DNA of 63,996 bases, counting the filler, from an uncultured Methanosarcinales archaeon (GTDB lineage Archaea; Nanobdellota; Nanobdellia; Woesearchaeales; JAGLXL01), in assembly GCA_964472345.1 (NCBI GenBank). It is 7 parts of 7 records of this genome, joined end to end, with 100 filler letters (N's around TTAATTAATTAA, not from the genome) between each part and the next. Parts side by side here need not be neighbours in the genome. Positions count along the whole stretch, not along the records: positions 20,230 to 29,829 come from CAYYLB010000049.1; positions 29,930 to 39,440 come from CAYYLB010000050.1; 5 more parts are not named here. One strand, written 5' to 3'. Below are positions 27,915 to 37,466 of the stretch, one piece after another. Position 1 is the first letter of the stretch. Each line of letters starts with the position of its first letter. Both the position numbers and the translations under genes were made by a program. The notes under the pieces are model-generated. The model was not told the DNA's origin. It ran no database searches and saw only the letters and a program-made list of their open reading frames with translations.

Positions 27915-28436
27915 ATGGATAAGAAGCAAGTTGGCTATATCGGACAATGGATAACTGGTGCAGCAACGGGGCTTGCGATATGGTTCGGACTCGGACTTAG
28001 TCGCTATGTTGACCAGCACTGGGGGGGTTATCCTCCACTAGGTCGCTGGGATGAAGCAAGACCTTGGTGGAATCCCCCCGTTGATGACAAACCGGACAGT
28101 GAGCAGGAAAGGCGTAAGGAAGCTCGGGAGCTTTTCCTTAGCTTGGTTAATTTGGAGTTTACCATCAAAGTTAGCAAAGGAGAGACCCTTGAAGGGATAG
28201 CACAAGAGATCTATGGGGATGGAACTCGATGGGGAGACATATTTGATGTCAATAGTCCAAACAAAATAGAGAGAATCTATCCTAGCTTAGGCGGCAACGA
28301 ACAAAAATCAGAATATGCCCTTAGACCGTTCGAGGGAGATGGTGAACTTCGTGCTCGATTCAATCTTGAGCAAGCAAAAAGATTAAAGCAATTACATCCA
28401 GGAAGGAAATTTGATTATCTGGGCTATAAACCATAA
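27915..28436 (+). CDS. membrane-anchored protein with LysM-like segment
   Basis: N-terminal hydrophobic stretch; VSKGETLEGIAQEIYGDGTRWGDIFDVN. Confidence 0.7.
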   Translation: MDKKQVGYIGQWITGAATGLAIWFGLGLSRYVDQHWGGYPPLGRWDEARPWWNPPVDDKPDSEQERRKEARELFLSLVNLEFTIKVSKGETLEGIAQEIYGDGTRWGDIFDVNSPNKIERIYPSLGGNEQKSEYALRPFEGDGELRARFNLEQAKRLKQLHPGRKFDYLGYKP

Positions 28437-28549
28437 GCCGTCCCAAAACCCAATCAAAAGCCGCTTTCTGTTTTCCTTTGATGGGGATTTGGCGGCGCCA
28501 GCAGCGATGCCGTCTGCGAAATGTGCCGATAAGGGGATGAGCAGAAGGA

Positions 28550-28690
28550 CGGGCCCGGTGGGACTTTCATGCTCGTTCAGTCCCTTTCCGCAGGGCTGAA
28601 GAGATTCGAACCCACGACCTCCTGCTCACCTCGTGAGATAGAAGGCAGGCGCGCTCTCTGGCTGCCGTATCCAGGCTGCGCTACGGGCCC
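28550..28690 (-). tRNA. tRNA-Arg(TCT) with three introns
   Basis: GGGCCCG/CGGGCCC acceptor; removing 13-nt (D loop), 12-nt (37/38) and 41-nt (T loop) inserts gives a 75-nt cloverleaf. Confidence 0.88.
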
Positions 28691-28745
28691 ATCAGGAGCA
28701 AAGCGCAAAAACGTTTATAAACAATTCGTCTTTTGGCGTTCGCAA

Positions 28746-28857
28746 GCGGGGATGGCGAAGCGGCTAACGCAACCGCCTGCAGTCTGCTCAGGTGAGGCCC
28801 AAGGGCCTACGGCACGGTGAGAGCGGTCATTCGGGGGTTCGAGTCCCTCTCCCCGCT
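28746..28857 (+). tRNA. tRNA-Cys(GCA) with a 39-nt canonical intron
   Basis: GCGGGGA/TCCCCGC acceptor, ACCGC/GCGGT anticodon stem, U discriminator. Confidence 0.9.
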
Positions 28858-28900
28858 TGTTTACGGTAATTTTATAAATGATAATACATTCAAGAGTGTT

Positions 28901-29119
28901 ATGGTGCGGGTTGTCATTGACCAAAAGACCCGGCATGGGAAGCCCCTTATTGAAGGAACTCGCATTACAGTAGACGAAGTTCTTGGGATGCTTGAAGCGG
29001 GCATGACCTACGAAGAAATTGAGGAAGAATATGGTCTTACCAAGGAAGGCATACTCGCCGTCATCAGATATACTGCATCATTAATACGTGGTGAGGAAGT
29101 GCACAAAATCCCGGCATAA
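28901..29119 (+). CDS. DUF433 antitoxin-like protein
   Basis: RHGKPLIEGTRITV...GMTYEEIEEEYGLTKEGI. Confidence 0.9.
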   Translation: MVRVVIDQKTRHGKPLIEGTRITVDEVLGMLEAGMTYEEIEEEYGLTKEGILAVIRYTASLIRGEEVHKIPA

Positions 29120-29120
29120 G

Positions 29121-29492
29121 ATGAAATTCTTTCTTGATGAGAACATCCCGTGTTCCCTACGAATCGTGCTAGAAAAGCAAGGCTTTGAAGTTGAAGATGT
29201 TAAAACAAGCGGGCTAAGGGGGGCCGATGACGCAACGATAGCGAGCTATGCAAGGAAGCATAAATCAATTCTTATAACCAGGGACCTGGAATTTGGTAGT
29301 CTTTTACTCTATCCAGAAGGATCTCATTATGGTTGTCTCATCTTGCGGCTTCCATACGCGTTTAAAGTACAACAAATGGGAAAAGCGCTTGATGAATTTC
29401 TTCAGGATGTAAAAACGGACAATCTTATCGGGGCGATAACAATAGTGGAATTGGGAAGATTTCGTGTCCGTCGGTTTTCAAACGGAAATTGA
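29121..29492 (+). CDS. DUF5615 PIN-like toxin
   Basis: MKFFLDENIP, GADD, LITRDLEFG; paired with DUF433. Confidence 0.88.
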   Translation: MKFFLDENIPCSLRIVLEKQGFEVEDVKTSGLRGADDATIASYARKHKSILITRDLEFGSLLLYPEGSHYGCLILRLPYAFKVQQMGKALDEFLQDVKTDNLIGAITIVELGRFRVRRFSNGN

Positions 29493-29500
29493 TGATGACG

Positions 29501-29829
29501 ATGATCAAAAAAATCCTCCTCGCAAAGATGGGCAGGAAATTCTTCGTCAAGGATCTCGAGCACGACTTCCACACCCAGTTCGGCTATGTGACGGCAGCGG
29601 CGCTCAAAAAGGCGAAGCCCGGCGCCGTGCTCACCACCAACACCGGCACGGAGCTCTCCGTCCTCGCTCCCCAGTTCATCGACCTCTACCAGAAGATCGC
29701 GCGCGGCCCGCAGGTCATCACGCCGAAAGACATAGGCACCATCATCGCGGAGACCGGCATCGGCAAAGGAAGCGTGGTGCTTGACGCAGGCGGCGGCTCA
29801 GGCGCGCTCGCATTCTTCCTCGCCCACCT
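29501..29829 (+). CDS. trmI: tRNA (adenine-N1)-methyltransferase, partial
   Basis: FHTQFG, RGPQVITPKDIG, VLDAGGGSGAL. Confidence 0.85.
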
Positions 29830-29929
29830 NNNNNNNNNNNNNNNNNNNNNNNNNNNNNNNNNNNNNNNNNNNNTTAATTAATTAANNNNNNNNNNNNNNN
29901 NNNNNNNNNNNNNNNNNNNNNNNNNNNNN
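29830..29929. other. artificial contig linker
   Basis: N-run with TTAATTAATTAA. Confidence 0.98.
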
Positions 29930-29930
29930 A

Positions 29931-30575
29931 AAAGTAGTTCATGCTGCACGTGAGGGGCCTGGCTTGAAGAGGTGCCTGTTCGCATCAACCATGGGGGTGT
30001 ACGGCTGGCAGGAGAAGCACGAGCCATTTACGGAAGAGACAACGCTGCATCCCGCGTCGCCCTATGCGGCGGCGAAGTGTGCGGCTGAGGAGTATGTACG
30101 GATGGCGGGGCGCGCTTTTGGGCTGCCATACATTGTTTTGCGATGCTGCAACACGTTCGGGCGGAAGAATAACGCCGGTTTTGTGACTGAATATTTAGTG
30201 ACTTCAATGCTGGAAGGCGAGACGACGTATTTAGGGACGCCGGATGCGGTGCGCGACATGATGTTTGTTGATGACCACGTGAACGCGTATGTTACTGCGC
30301 TGAAGTCGAATGTCGTGAATGAGACGTTTGTGTTCGGGACGGGGAATAAACTCACGATGAAAGAGCTGGCGCTTAAAGTGAAAGAGATGACCGGGTTTAA
30401 AGGCGAGCTTGTGTTCAGCTTTCCGCCGGATTATCCGTGGAGGCCGGTTGTTGAGCCGTTCCTGTCGCTGAATGCGGCGAAAGCCAAACAGATGCTTGGA
30501 TGGACGCCTCGGTATAATGTTGAAGAAGGGTTGAAGAAGACGGTGGAGTGGTGGGAAGGATTGAGTGGGAAATGA
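29931..30575 (+). CDS. NAD-dependent epimerase/dehydratase, 5' truncated
   Basis: FASTMGVYG, SPYAAAK (YxxxK), VRDMMFVDD, LGWTPR. Confidence 0.9.
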   Translation, partial: KVVHAAREGPGLKRCLFASTMGVYGWQEKHEPFTEETTLHPASPYAAAKCAAEEYVRMAGRAFGLPYIVLRCCNTFGRKNNAGFVTEYLVTSMLEGETTYLGTPDAVRDMMFVDDHVNAYVTALKSNVVNETFVFGTGNKLTMKELALKVKEMTGFKGELVFSFPPDYPWRPVVEPFLSLNAAKAKQMLGWTPRYNVEEGLKKTVEWWEGLSGK

Positions 30576-31147
30576 AGCTAAGACTCAAAAAGAAATTTGA
30601 AAAAATAAAATATTATTCTTTAGTTAAAAAAATCTAGAAATTTATGCCAGAGTTCTTGATCGTCTTAAAGATAAAAAATAATCAAAAGTGATAAGCTCAT
30701 TTCTGACCTTGGCGAATATTTCTGTAAGGAATTGTTTGGCCTCCAACTTGCCAAGAATTCGAATCAAAAAGGATTTGATGCATTAAAAATGAAACGAAGT
30801 TTGAGGTAAAGACGCGAAATGGCACAATCTTCCCTTTTATAGTAAATCGCAATGATACCTGAACTTTTTCGTTGCGATTTACTATACTAGCAAATCTCCC
30901 AAATGTTAAATCATGAAGGAGATTTGCTATTAGAGCTGATATGACTAAAAAAACTTTTGACTATGCCCTGCTTGTTCGTGTTGATAATAGCTATTTACCC
31001 ACAGATATCTTTCAGATCCCATGGAGAATAATAAAAAAAAATAAGAAGAAAAATAACCGCTTTTACTTGAACAAAAAACTCATTGAAAAATACCATCTGA
31101 AAAAATTTCACATCTATGCCCATCCACGCTTTTCAGAATATGATTAA
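30572..31147 (+). pseudogene. frameshifted PD-(D/E)xK-like nuclease gene (DUF6998-like) with a 90-bp insertion
   Basis: Fragments ISDLGEYFCKELFGL, NQKGFDA, FEVKTR, FDYALLV in shifting frames. Confidence 0.6.
30840..30929. mobile_element. 90-bp double-hairpin element, TTA target duplication
   Basis: TAGTAAATCGCAA/TTGCGATTTACTA plus TAGCAAATCTCC/GGAGATTTGCTA; TTA at 30837-30839 and 30930-30932. Confidence 0.85.
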
Positions 31148-31176
31148 TTTAAGGTGATGCGGTATTATAGGCTCAT

Positions 31177-31270
31177 TTATAGTTGCTTACATTGCCCATA
31201 CTTCCTTCTCGTCACTCTCTTCCAAAACATCTGCAATATCGGCTTCACATACGACCGGAACTGCTTGCGG
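31177..31270 (-). repeat. vestigial duplicate 3' end of the glycosyltransferase gene at 32890..33636
   Basis: Encodes RKQFRSYVKPILQMFWKRVTRRKYGQCKQL versus RKQFRSYMKPVLEMVWKRILRKRYA; 21-bp identity 31250-31270 = 32948-32968. Confidence 0.9.
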
Positions 31271-31273
31271 CGG

Positions 31274-32771
31274 TCAGATGTACAACAAAAAGATGCTAAC
31301 CGGAACTGTTACAATATTCGCAGTCAAAGCGAACTGGCTTTTACTGATCATGCATCCCTTGCCGAAGCGCTTCAGCGCGATGTACTCATGCGACGCCAGC
31401 TGGTTTCGGTATGTTACGTCGAACGCATAACCCCTATTTTCATGCTTAATCACATAGTCAATCTCGTTGCCTTTCTTCGTTCTCCAGTAAAAGACGCATG
31501 CCGACACGTCGTATAAGTCTGTCGGCTTAAGGTTATATGCCGCGCGGGCAAGGTGATCACCCACGACGCCCTCAACAAGCTTCGACTTATTCTCTGTCGA
31601 GCCCAGGAACTCAATCGAAGCCTTAAACGAATCTCCTGCGGGGTTCAAGGACCATGATCGGAGCGCGTGGAAGATAAATGGGTTTATGATGTGGACTTTC
31701 TTCTCGCTTGCCTGCATCGGCTGTAGCTTCTCATCTATCCGATGAAAGACATCAAGAATAAACATGCTCTGGAGAATGCCGGCGTACTGCCCTACTGTCG
31801 GGGTGGAGGGTATGCCATTCTCTTTTGCAATCTTATTCCAGCTTGATCGAGAGCCTATCCTCGACACTATTGAAGCGATAATCTGTTTTGCGGTCCGCTC
31901 ATCGCGACCAACCCTGCTTATGTCGCCCATCAGCTGCCTTATATAGAGTTCATAGAGTGTTTGCGGCATCTGTTTGGTGTTTACGAAGCTATTCACCGCA
32001 AACATGATTCCGCCCGTAAGCAAATACTCGTCGAACAGCCTATCGAGTTCTGGCGCCAGCGGAAGCAAAGCATTGAGTGATTGAGGCGCCTCCCCTTTTG
32101 CCAGCATAACCAATTCTTTCGAACGGACAGCCTGATCATCAAGCCCGCGTTCCTTGACTTTGGCGTAAATCTCGGGCATTCTTATTTCAGCATATTCCGA
32201 GAACTTCATCGGCAGCAAAATCTTGTGCGTAGAAATGCCTTCCTTTTCGCCCGTCCTCCCCGGCAGCCGTTCCGTACTGTGTTCGATATCCAATGAATGC
32301 GAGCTTGTCAGGTAGAATGTGATATTCTTGTTACCGTACTGATCTACAAATCTTTTGATGGCTTTTTGCCATTCGGGGATTGATGATATCTCATCCAAGA
32401 AAATTCTTCTATGCCCATCACTCAATNNNNNNNNNNTCACTCAATGTATGATTCCAAGAATGATATGCTTCAAGCAGGCCGTACAGCATTCCGGGAGTTC
32501 TGATCAAATCACAGGCATAATAGAAGATATCCACAGGGTTTGTGTTTTTCTCTAAAAGATCCTTTATTATGACCTTAACAAGTGTTGTCTTACCGACCTG
32601 GCGCGGGCCACGGACACTGTAAATAACATCCTTGTCGAGCGGCATGTACTTTAGGATTCTCGGGCGCCATTTGACGGGGGCGGCAAGAAACTCCTTAATC
32701 TTAACATCTTCCCTGATTGCTTCTCTCTCGGCCCACCATGGGTTTTGAACTGCTAACCGTTGTATCTCCAT
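31274..32771 (-). CDS. AAA+ ATPase (AAA_14 plus DUF4143 type), split by a 10-N scaffold gap
   Basis: QNPWW, GPRQVGKTT, FLDEIS, LPGR, YLLTGG, YWRTKKGNEIDY; TCACTCAAT overlap across the gap restores the frame. Confidence 0.88.
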
Positions 32772-32889
32772 TTTGATATCTAAATATCAACTTATTTATA
32801 AATTAATCGATATCTTAATATCTAGTTATTTATAAATGACTCTATCTTAAGCCTATTCAATGGTAGGATAAGCTTATGCCCCGGACTCT

Positions 32890-33636
32890 TTAGGCATACC
32901 TTTTCCTAAGAATTCTCTTCCAAACCATCTCCAGCACCGGCTTCATGTACGACCGGAACTGCTTGCGGTAGTTCAGGTGCGACTTGCCGCTCTTTCTGTA
33001 AGTTATTGGCACTTCTTTGTAGGTAAAGCCGCGGGCTGCCGCTTTCAGCATGATCTCGACGTGCAGCCCAAAGCCGTTGTTCGTCAGGCTCATCCCTTCA
33101 AACACCTTTCTGTTGTACAGCTTGAAGCCGGTTGTCATGTCTTTGATGTTGACACCGGTAAGCACGCGAGCAAAGAGGTTGTAGCCGGTGCTGAAGAGCC
33201 ACCGCCTGGGGTTCAGCTCCGCTCTCCCGCCGGAAACATACCGCGAGCCGATGATGATGTCTGCTTCATGCCGTTTGCTGTACAGGCTGTGAATCTCATT
33301 GTAATCATGGGAAGCATCACAGTCCATGATAAGGATATATTCTCCGGTCGCGTTCTGCAGGCCTTCGCGCAACGAACTGCCTAAATCCCTGCTTGGACGG
33401 TTGTACCGCTGGATGACGCGCAGACGAGGATCATCTTTTGCTATTTCAGCGGCAATCTCGCCTGTCCTGTCGGTGCTGTGGTTGTTGAGGAAGAGAAGCT
33501 CGCCGCTGATCTTCGCCTGGCGGAAGAACCTGAGGACACCGCGCAGGACCTGCCCGACGAACCGCTCTTCATTGTAGCCGGAAATCACGACGGAGAGTTC
33601 CGGCCGCGCCCTCTTCTGCCGCTTACGCAGGTCCAT
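32890..33636 (-). CDS. GT2 glycosyltransferase (DPM1-like)
   Basis: LSVVISGYNEE, STDRT, MDCDASH, IIGSRY, DMTTGFKLY. Confidence 0.9.
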   Translation of the reverse strand: MDLRKRQKRARPELSVVISGYNEERFVGQVLRGVLRFFRQAKISGELLFLNNHSTDRTGEIAAEIAKDDPRLRVIQRYNRPSRDLGSSLREGLQNATGEYILIMDCDASHDYNEIHSLYSKRHEADIIIGSRYVSGGRAELNPRRWLFSTGYNLFARVLTGVNIKDMTTGFKLYNRKVFEGMSLTNNGFGLHVEIMLKAAARGFTYKEVPITYRKSGKSHLNYRKQFRSYMKPVLEMVWKRILRKRYA

Positions 33637-35131
33637 CTTCCACCGTTTTCCTTCGCAGGACAAGGGAGAGGTAAAACCTTATCTCTTTTGCGTCAATGAG
33701 CCTGAGCAGCCATATGCTGAGCAGATACAGCGCGAGCGCACCTGTGACACTTGCGGCAATCTCCGCGTAGGGGTTCAGCCGGATGAGGCTTCTTATGCCG
33801 TAGATGCCGCCGATGAAGACGAGCGCTGCGAGCGTTGTCCTGAGCCACGCGCGCCAGGGGAGCGGCGCCCGGATGAGCCGCGTCACTTTTGCTGTTGAAA
33901 GCAGCAGCGCGGCCGCGTAGCTTACCGCTGTCGCCAGCGCTGCCCCTTCGATGCCGAAGCGTGGGATAAGCAGGAGGTTTATGGCAACATTGAGCAGAGC
34001 TGCGGCGAAGACGATCTTGGTCACCGCTTTCGGGTTTCCCGTCGCCGCGATGATGCTGTGGTTGATGCCCGCGACGATGAAGAGCAAGACGCCGATGAGC
34101 AGGATCTGCAGCGCATGCGCTCCTGCAGCATACACCTCCCCGAAGAACACCTTGAGGAAGGCGGAGGCGAATGCGAACACCATGAGCACGAGCGGCGCCG
34201 CGAGGATGAATGTGTATTTATGGAGCAGCCTGACCCCGTCGGCGAGGCGCTTCTTGTCCTGCCGCGTCCAGAGCTCGGCGAACAGGGGAAAGGCGACCGA
34301 TGCGATCGATGAGCTGAAGAACAGGAATGCCATGGCGCTGGGCAGCGCGACGTTGTAAATCCCGACCTCTTCGAGCGAGCGGAAGCTGGTGAGCATGAGC
34401 GTGTCGATGTAGCCGATCACCTTGTCCCCGATGTCGGTCATAATCACCGGAAGCCCGAACAGGACGAGCTTCTTTGCCGTCTCCGTTACTTTCTCGAGCT
34501 TGTAGCGGAAGGGGTTGTAGACCTTTATCACCGCGGGGAGAAAGGCCAGCAGCAGGAGCGGTCCTGCGATGATGTACGCGAGCACGGGGGCGAACACGGT
34601 GAGATTGAGGGAAAAAAACGCGAGCACGAGGAGCAGCACGATGCCATTCTTTGCGGTGTCGATCAGCGCGAACACCCTGAACCGCTGGAAGCCGGCGAAG
34701 AATCCTTTGAGGAAGATGAAGACAATGCTGAAAAGTGTGTAGAATGCCATCAGGCGCACCATAGGCGCCGCCGCCTGGCTCTTGAAGTAGTGTGCTGCGA
34801 GGGTGTCTGCGAGGAGGAAGAAGAGCGCGCTGAAGAGCGCGGAGCTCGCAAGCTGGAGGAGGAGCATGGAAGCGATGGCTGACTTTATCTCATTGTAGCG
34901 CCTGAGGACGCGGAACTCGGCGATGTATTTTGTCAGCGCCTGGTTGAGGCCGAGGTCGCGGAAAAAGAGGAAGAAGATGACGAAGGTGAACACTGAGTAG
35001 AAAAGGCCGTATCCGGCAGGGCCGAGGGTGCGGGCCAGGACAAGGCGCGTCGCGTAGGCTATCAGGTACGCGACGAGGCTCATCACAAAAATCATGCCCA
35101 TGCCCCGGATCGCCTTCCTTGCGTAGCTCAT
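33623..35131 (-). CDS. Wzx-like flippase
   Basis: Multi-TM; LARTLGPAGYG, DLGL, IDTLML...VGIYNVA, LIPRFGIEGAALAT. Confidence 0.9.
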   Translation of the reverse strand: MSYARKAIRGMGMIFVMSLVAYLIAYATRLVLARTLGPAGYGLFYSVFTFVIFFLFFRDLGLNQALTKYIAEFRVLRRYNEIKSAIASMLLLQLASSALFSALFFLLADTLAAHYFKSQAAAPMVRLMAFYTLFSIVFIFLKGFFAGFQRFRVFALIDTAKNGIVLLLVLAFFSLNLTVFAPVLAYIIAGPLLLLAFLPAVIKVYNPFRYKLEKVTETAKKLVLFGLPVIMTDIGDKVIGYIDTLMLTSFRSLEEVGIYNVALPSAMAFLFFSSSIASVAFPLFAELWTRQDKKRLADGVRLLHKYTFILAAPLVLMVFAFASAFLKVFFGEVYAAGAHALQILLIGVLLFIVAGINHSIIAATGNPKAVTKIVFAAALLNVAINLLLIPRFGIEGAALATAVSYAAALLLSTAKVTRLIRAPLPWRAWLRTTLAALVFIGGIYGIRSLIRLNPYAEIAASVTGALALYLLSIWLLRLIDAKEIRFYLSLVLRRKTVEDGPA

Positions 35132-35133
35132 GT

Positions 35134-37374
35134 TCAGGTCACTTTGAGGACGATGGCTGCAGGCATCTGCTGGACCGTTGTGAAAAGGCCGGAGCGGATG
35201 ATCGTCTCGAGCGCCGCGGGAAGCTTTTCCGTAACTTCCTCTTTTGTGTGATTGGTGTAGCGCGGCAGCGTCCGGAATGCCATGGAATCGAGAAGGAGGT
35301 ACTCGTATCCCTGCGCCTTGAGGAAATCCCGCAGCTCCTGGGGGCTGTGATCAAGCTGGCGCTTTCTGAACTCAACATCTGCGGAGCACCAGTCGCAGGT
35401 GAATGCGTTCATGCCGATGGCGTTGACGCCGCGCCCTGAGTAGGGGAAGACTTTCGTGTTCGGCGGCAGGCTGAGCAGCCAGACATAGCCCTGGAGCTCA
35501 TCTGCGGAAACGAAGCCGCTGGGCCAATCGGGTGTGGTATTGACGGTGTATTTCTGGACACCCGAGGTCACGAGCATCCCCGTGATGAGGAGCAGGAACA
35601 GCGCGATGCTGCCGAAACGATAGCGCCGTGCAATGGCATTGAGAGCAAAGGCCCCTTCTGCTGCGAGAATTGCGACAGGCGTCGCGAGGTGCATCCAGGT
35701 CCGCCAGGGCTCGATGCCCAACGGGAACTTAAATGATGTCGGTGTGACGAGGATGAAGAACGTGACAAGCCAGAGCAGTGATGTTACTGCCCAGGCCGGG
35801 ATTTTCCCGCTTTCCGCGCTATCCTGTTGCGGCGCTTCGGTGTTCCCATGCTGTCTGGCCTGTCTTGCCTGCGCGATCAAGGCAAGGATTCCGAGCAGCG
35901 CCGCGGCGGCGTAGAACAGCAGGTCGAGCCACAGCGAGAAGAGCGGGGGAAAGAGTCCCATGCCTCCGATGAGCAGCGACGCGTAGCGGATCACGAGTAT
36001 GGCTGCGAGGGCAAGCGCGACTGCCTGTACCGCGAACGCAGGATACTTCAGCGCGGCGTGAGCCTCCTTAAACTGCTTCCTAGACAAAAATATCAGCACG
36101 ATGATGCCTATGAACAGCAGCAGGTAGATCACCACGCCGATTCCGATGGGGTTGTTGATCATGTTCTGCATCTTGACAAAGAAGAAATCTCCGAAGAAAT
36201 AGGTGCGCGTCCCTGTGCCTCCGGTCGGGCGGAAGTACGTCGGGATGAGCTTGAAGAACTTGAAGATGATGTCAAACCCGCCGCTGCCTTCCAGCGCGAT
36301 ACGCCACTCTGGCGTCCTTTCCGCGACGCCGGTGACGCTCAGCGCTTCGACCCATCTTCTTCCCGGAAGCCACCAGACAAATGAAAGCGCGAGCGCTCCG
36401 ATGCCGCTCGCCAACGGCTCCCAGAAGATGCGGCGGGCAGCAATGCTCCTGACGAGGACGAATGCGGCGAGGAAGAGGATAATGTTGAACGGCTGGCGGT
36501 GGTGGGTGAGGAGGAGCCCTGCGAATGCGAGAGCGGCGACGAAGTACCAGCGCCTGTCCTCTTCTGCCATGAGGAACGTATACATCCCGATGAAGAAGAG
36601 GCCCGGGATGAGCGCGTGGGACCAGATGAAGTGGCTCAGGAATGATGGGAGGAGCGTGAGAACGAGCGTCGCGAGCAGCGCCCTGCCCCTGTTTCCGATG
36701 AAGCGGAGCGTGAAGAAGTAAAAAAAAGGAATGCTCAGCGAAACAATGAGCGCGTTGAAGAACTTGAGCGTCCAGCTCACCTCGGGGGAGGTCTGATGCA
36801 GCACGGCGATGAGCGTCGCGTAGAGCGGGGGGTAGGGGTCGATGTAGCCGATGTCGTTCGGGTCCGTCCACGGCGGATCCTCGAGCGTCTTTTCCGTGGC
36901 GATGTACTTCGCTGCAAGCGCATATCCCCAAGGGTCATTGTCCTCGAGGTAGGGGTAGGCAAATGAGCCCTTCGTGTACATGAACAGCGTTGCAGCAAAG
37001 AAGAGCAGGATGATCAGGACGCTGAGGGTCGTCTTGGTCAGTGTGAGCTTTGGTCTCGGAAGCCTGAGCGTCCCTTTCCGGTACGCGTTCACCATGCCAT
37101 AGGCGGGGCCGATGAGGGAGAGCGCGAGGAAGAGCTTCCAGTCAATGGGGAGCCGGAGCAGGTTGAGCACCGCTGCGATGAGCGCAAAACCTGCGTAGCC
37201 AAGCCCCACGCGGCCGATGTCGCCGGCGTTTATTGCCTGAGAGTGCCCGGAGANNNNNNNNNNGATGATGTTGCGCTCGAACCAGTTCTCTGCGTTCCTG
37301 ACAAACAGGGTCGCGCTGTAGCCGAAGCCCCACAGGTAGACGAAGAAAAGAGCGATGGTGATGATGCTTGCCAT
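35134..37374 (-). CDS. large polytopic membrane protein, GT-C-like
   Basis: Many TM helices, EDNDPWGY and DPYPPLY loops; glycosylation context; contains a 10-N gap. Confidence 0.7.
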   Translation of the reverse strand: MASIITIALFFVYLWGFGYSATLFVRNAENWFERNIIXXXXSGHSQAINAGDIGRVGLGYAGFALIAAVLNLLRLPIDWKLFLALSLIGPAYGMVNAYRKGTLRLPRPKLTLTKTTLSVLIILLFFAATLFMYTKGSFAYPYLEDNDPWGYALAAKYIATEKTLEDPPWTDPNDIGYIDPYPPLYATLIAVLHQTSPEVSWTLKFFNALIVSLSIPFFYFFTLRFIGNRGRALLATLVLTLLPSFLSHFIWSHALIPGLFFIGMYTFLMAEEDRRWYFVAALAFAGLLLTHHRQPFNIILFLAAFVLVRSIAARRIFWEPLASGIGALALSFVWWLPGRRWVEALSVTGVAERTPEWRIALEGSGGFDIIFKFFKLIPTYFRPTGGTGTRTYFFGDFFFVKMQNMINNPIGIGVVIYLLLFIGIIVLIFLSRKQFKEAHAALKYPAFAVQAVALALAAILVIRYASLLIGGMGLFPPLFSLWLDLLFYAAAALLGILALIAQARQARQHGNTEAPQQDSAESGKIPAWAVTSLLWLVTFFILVTPTSFKFPLGIEPWRTWMHLATPVAILAAEGAFALNAIARRYRFGSIALFLLLITGMLVTSGVQKYTVNTTPDWPSGFVSADELQGYVWLLSLPPNTKVFPYSGRGVNAIGMNAFTCDWCSADVEFRKRQLDHSPQELRDFLKAQGYEYLLLDSMAFRTLPRYTNHTKEEVTEKLPAALETIIRSGLFTTVQQMPAAIVLKVT

Positions 37375-37466
37375 GCGTTGGCTGCACGGTGGAAGGTATA
37401 TAAAGATTGCGTGGCCTGTCCGTCAGCGGCACAACCTATTTAAACGTATGATGCCGTGGGGCAGCC

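Noticed and set aside
28465..28545. Possible stranded 3' end of pcm beyond the Lrp/LysM islet
   Set aside because: Only TTTGATG is shared; too weak to support
32418..32771. Apparent frameshift splitting the AAA ATPase
   Set aside because: Caused by a 10-N scaffold gap whose flanks overlap by TCACTCAAT; merging restores the frame
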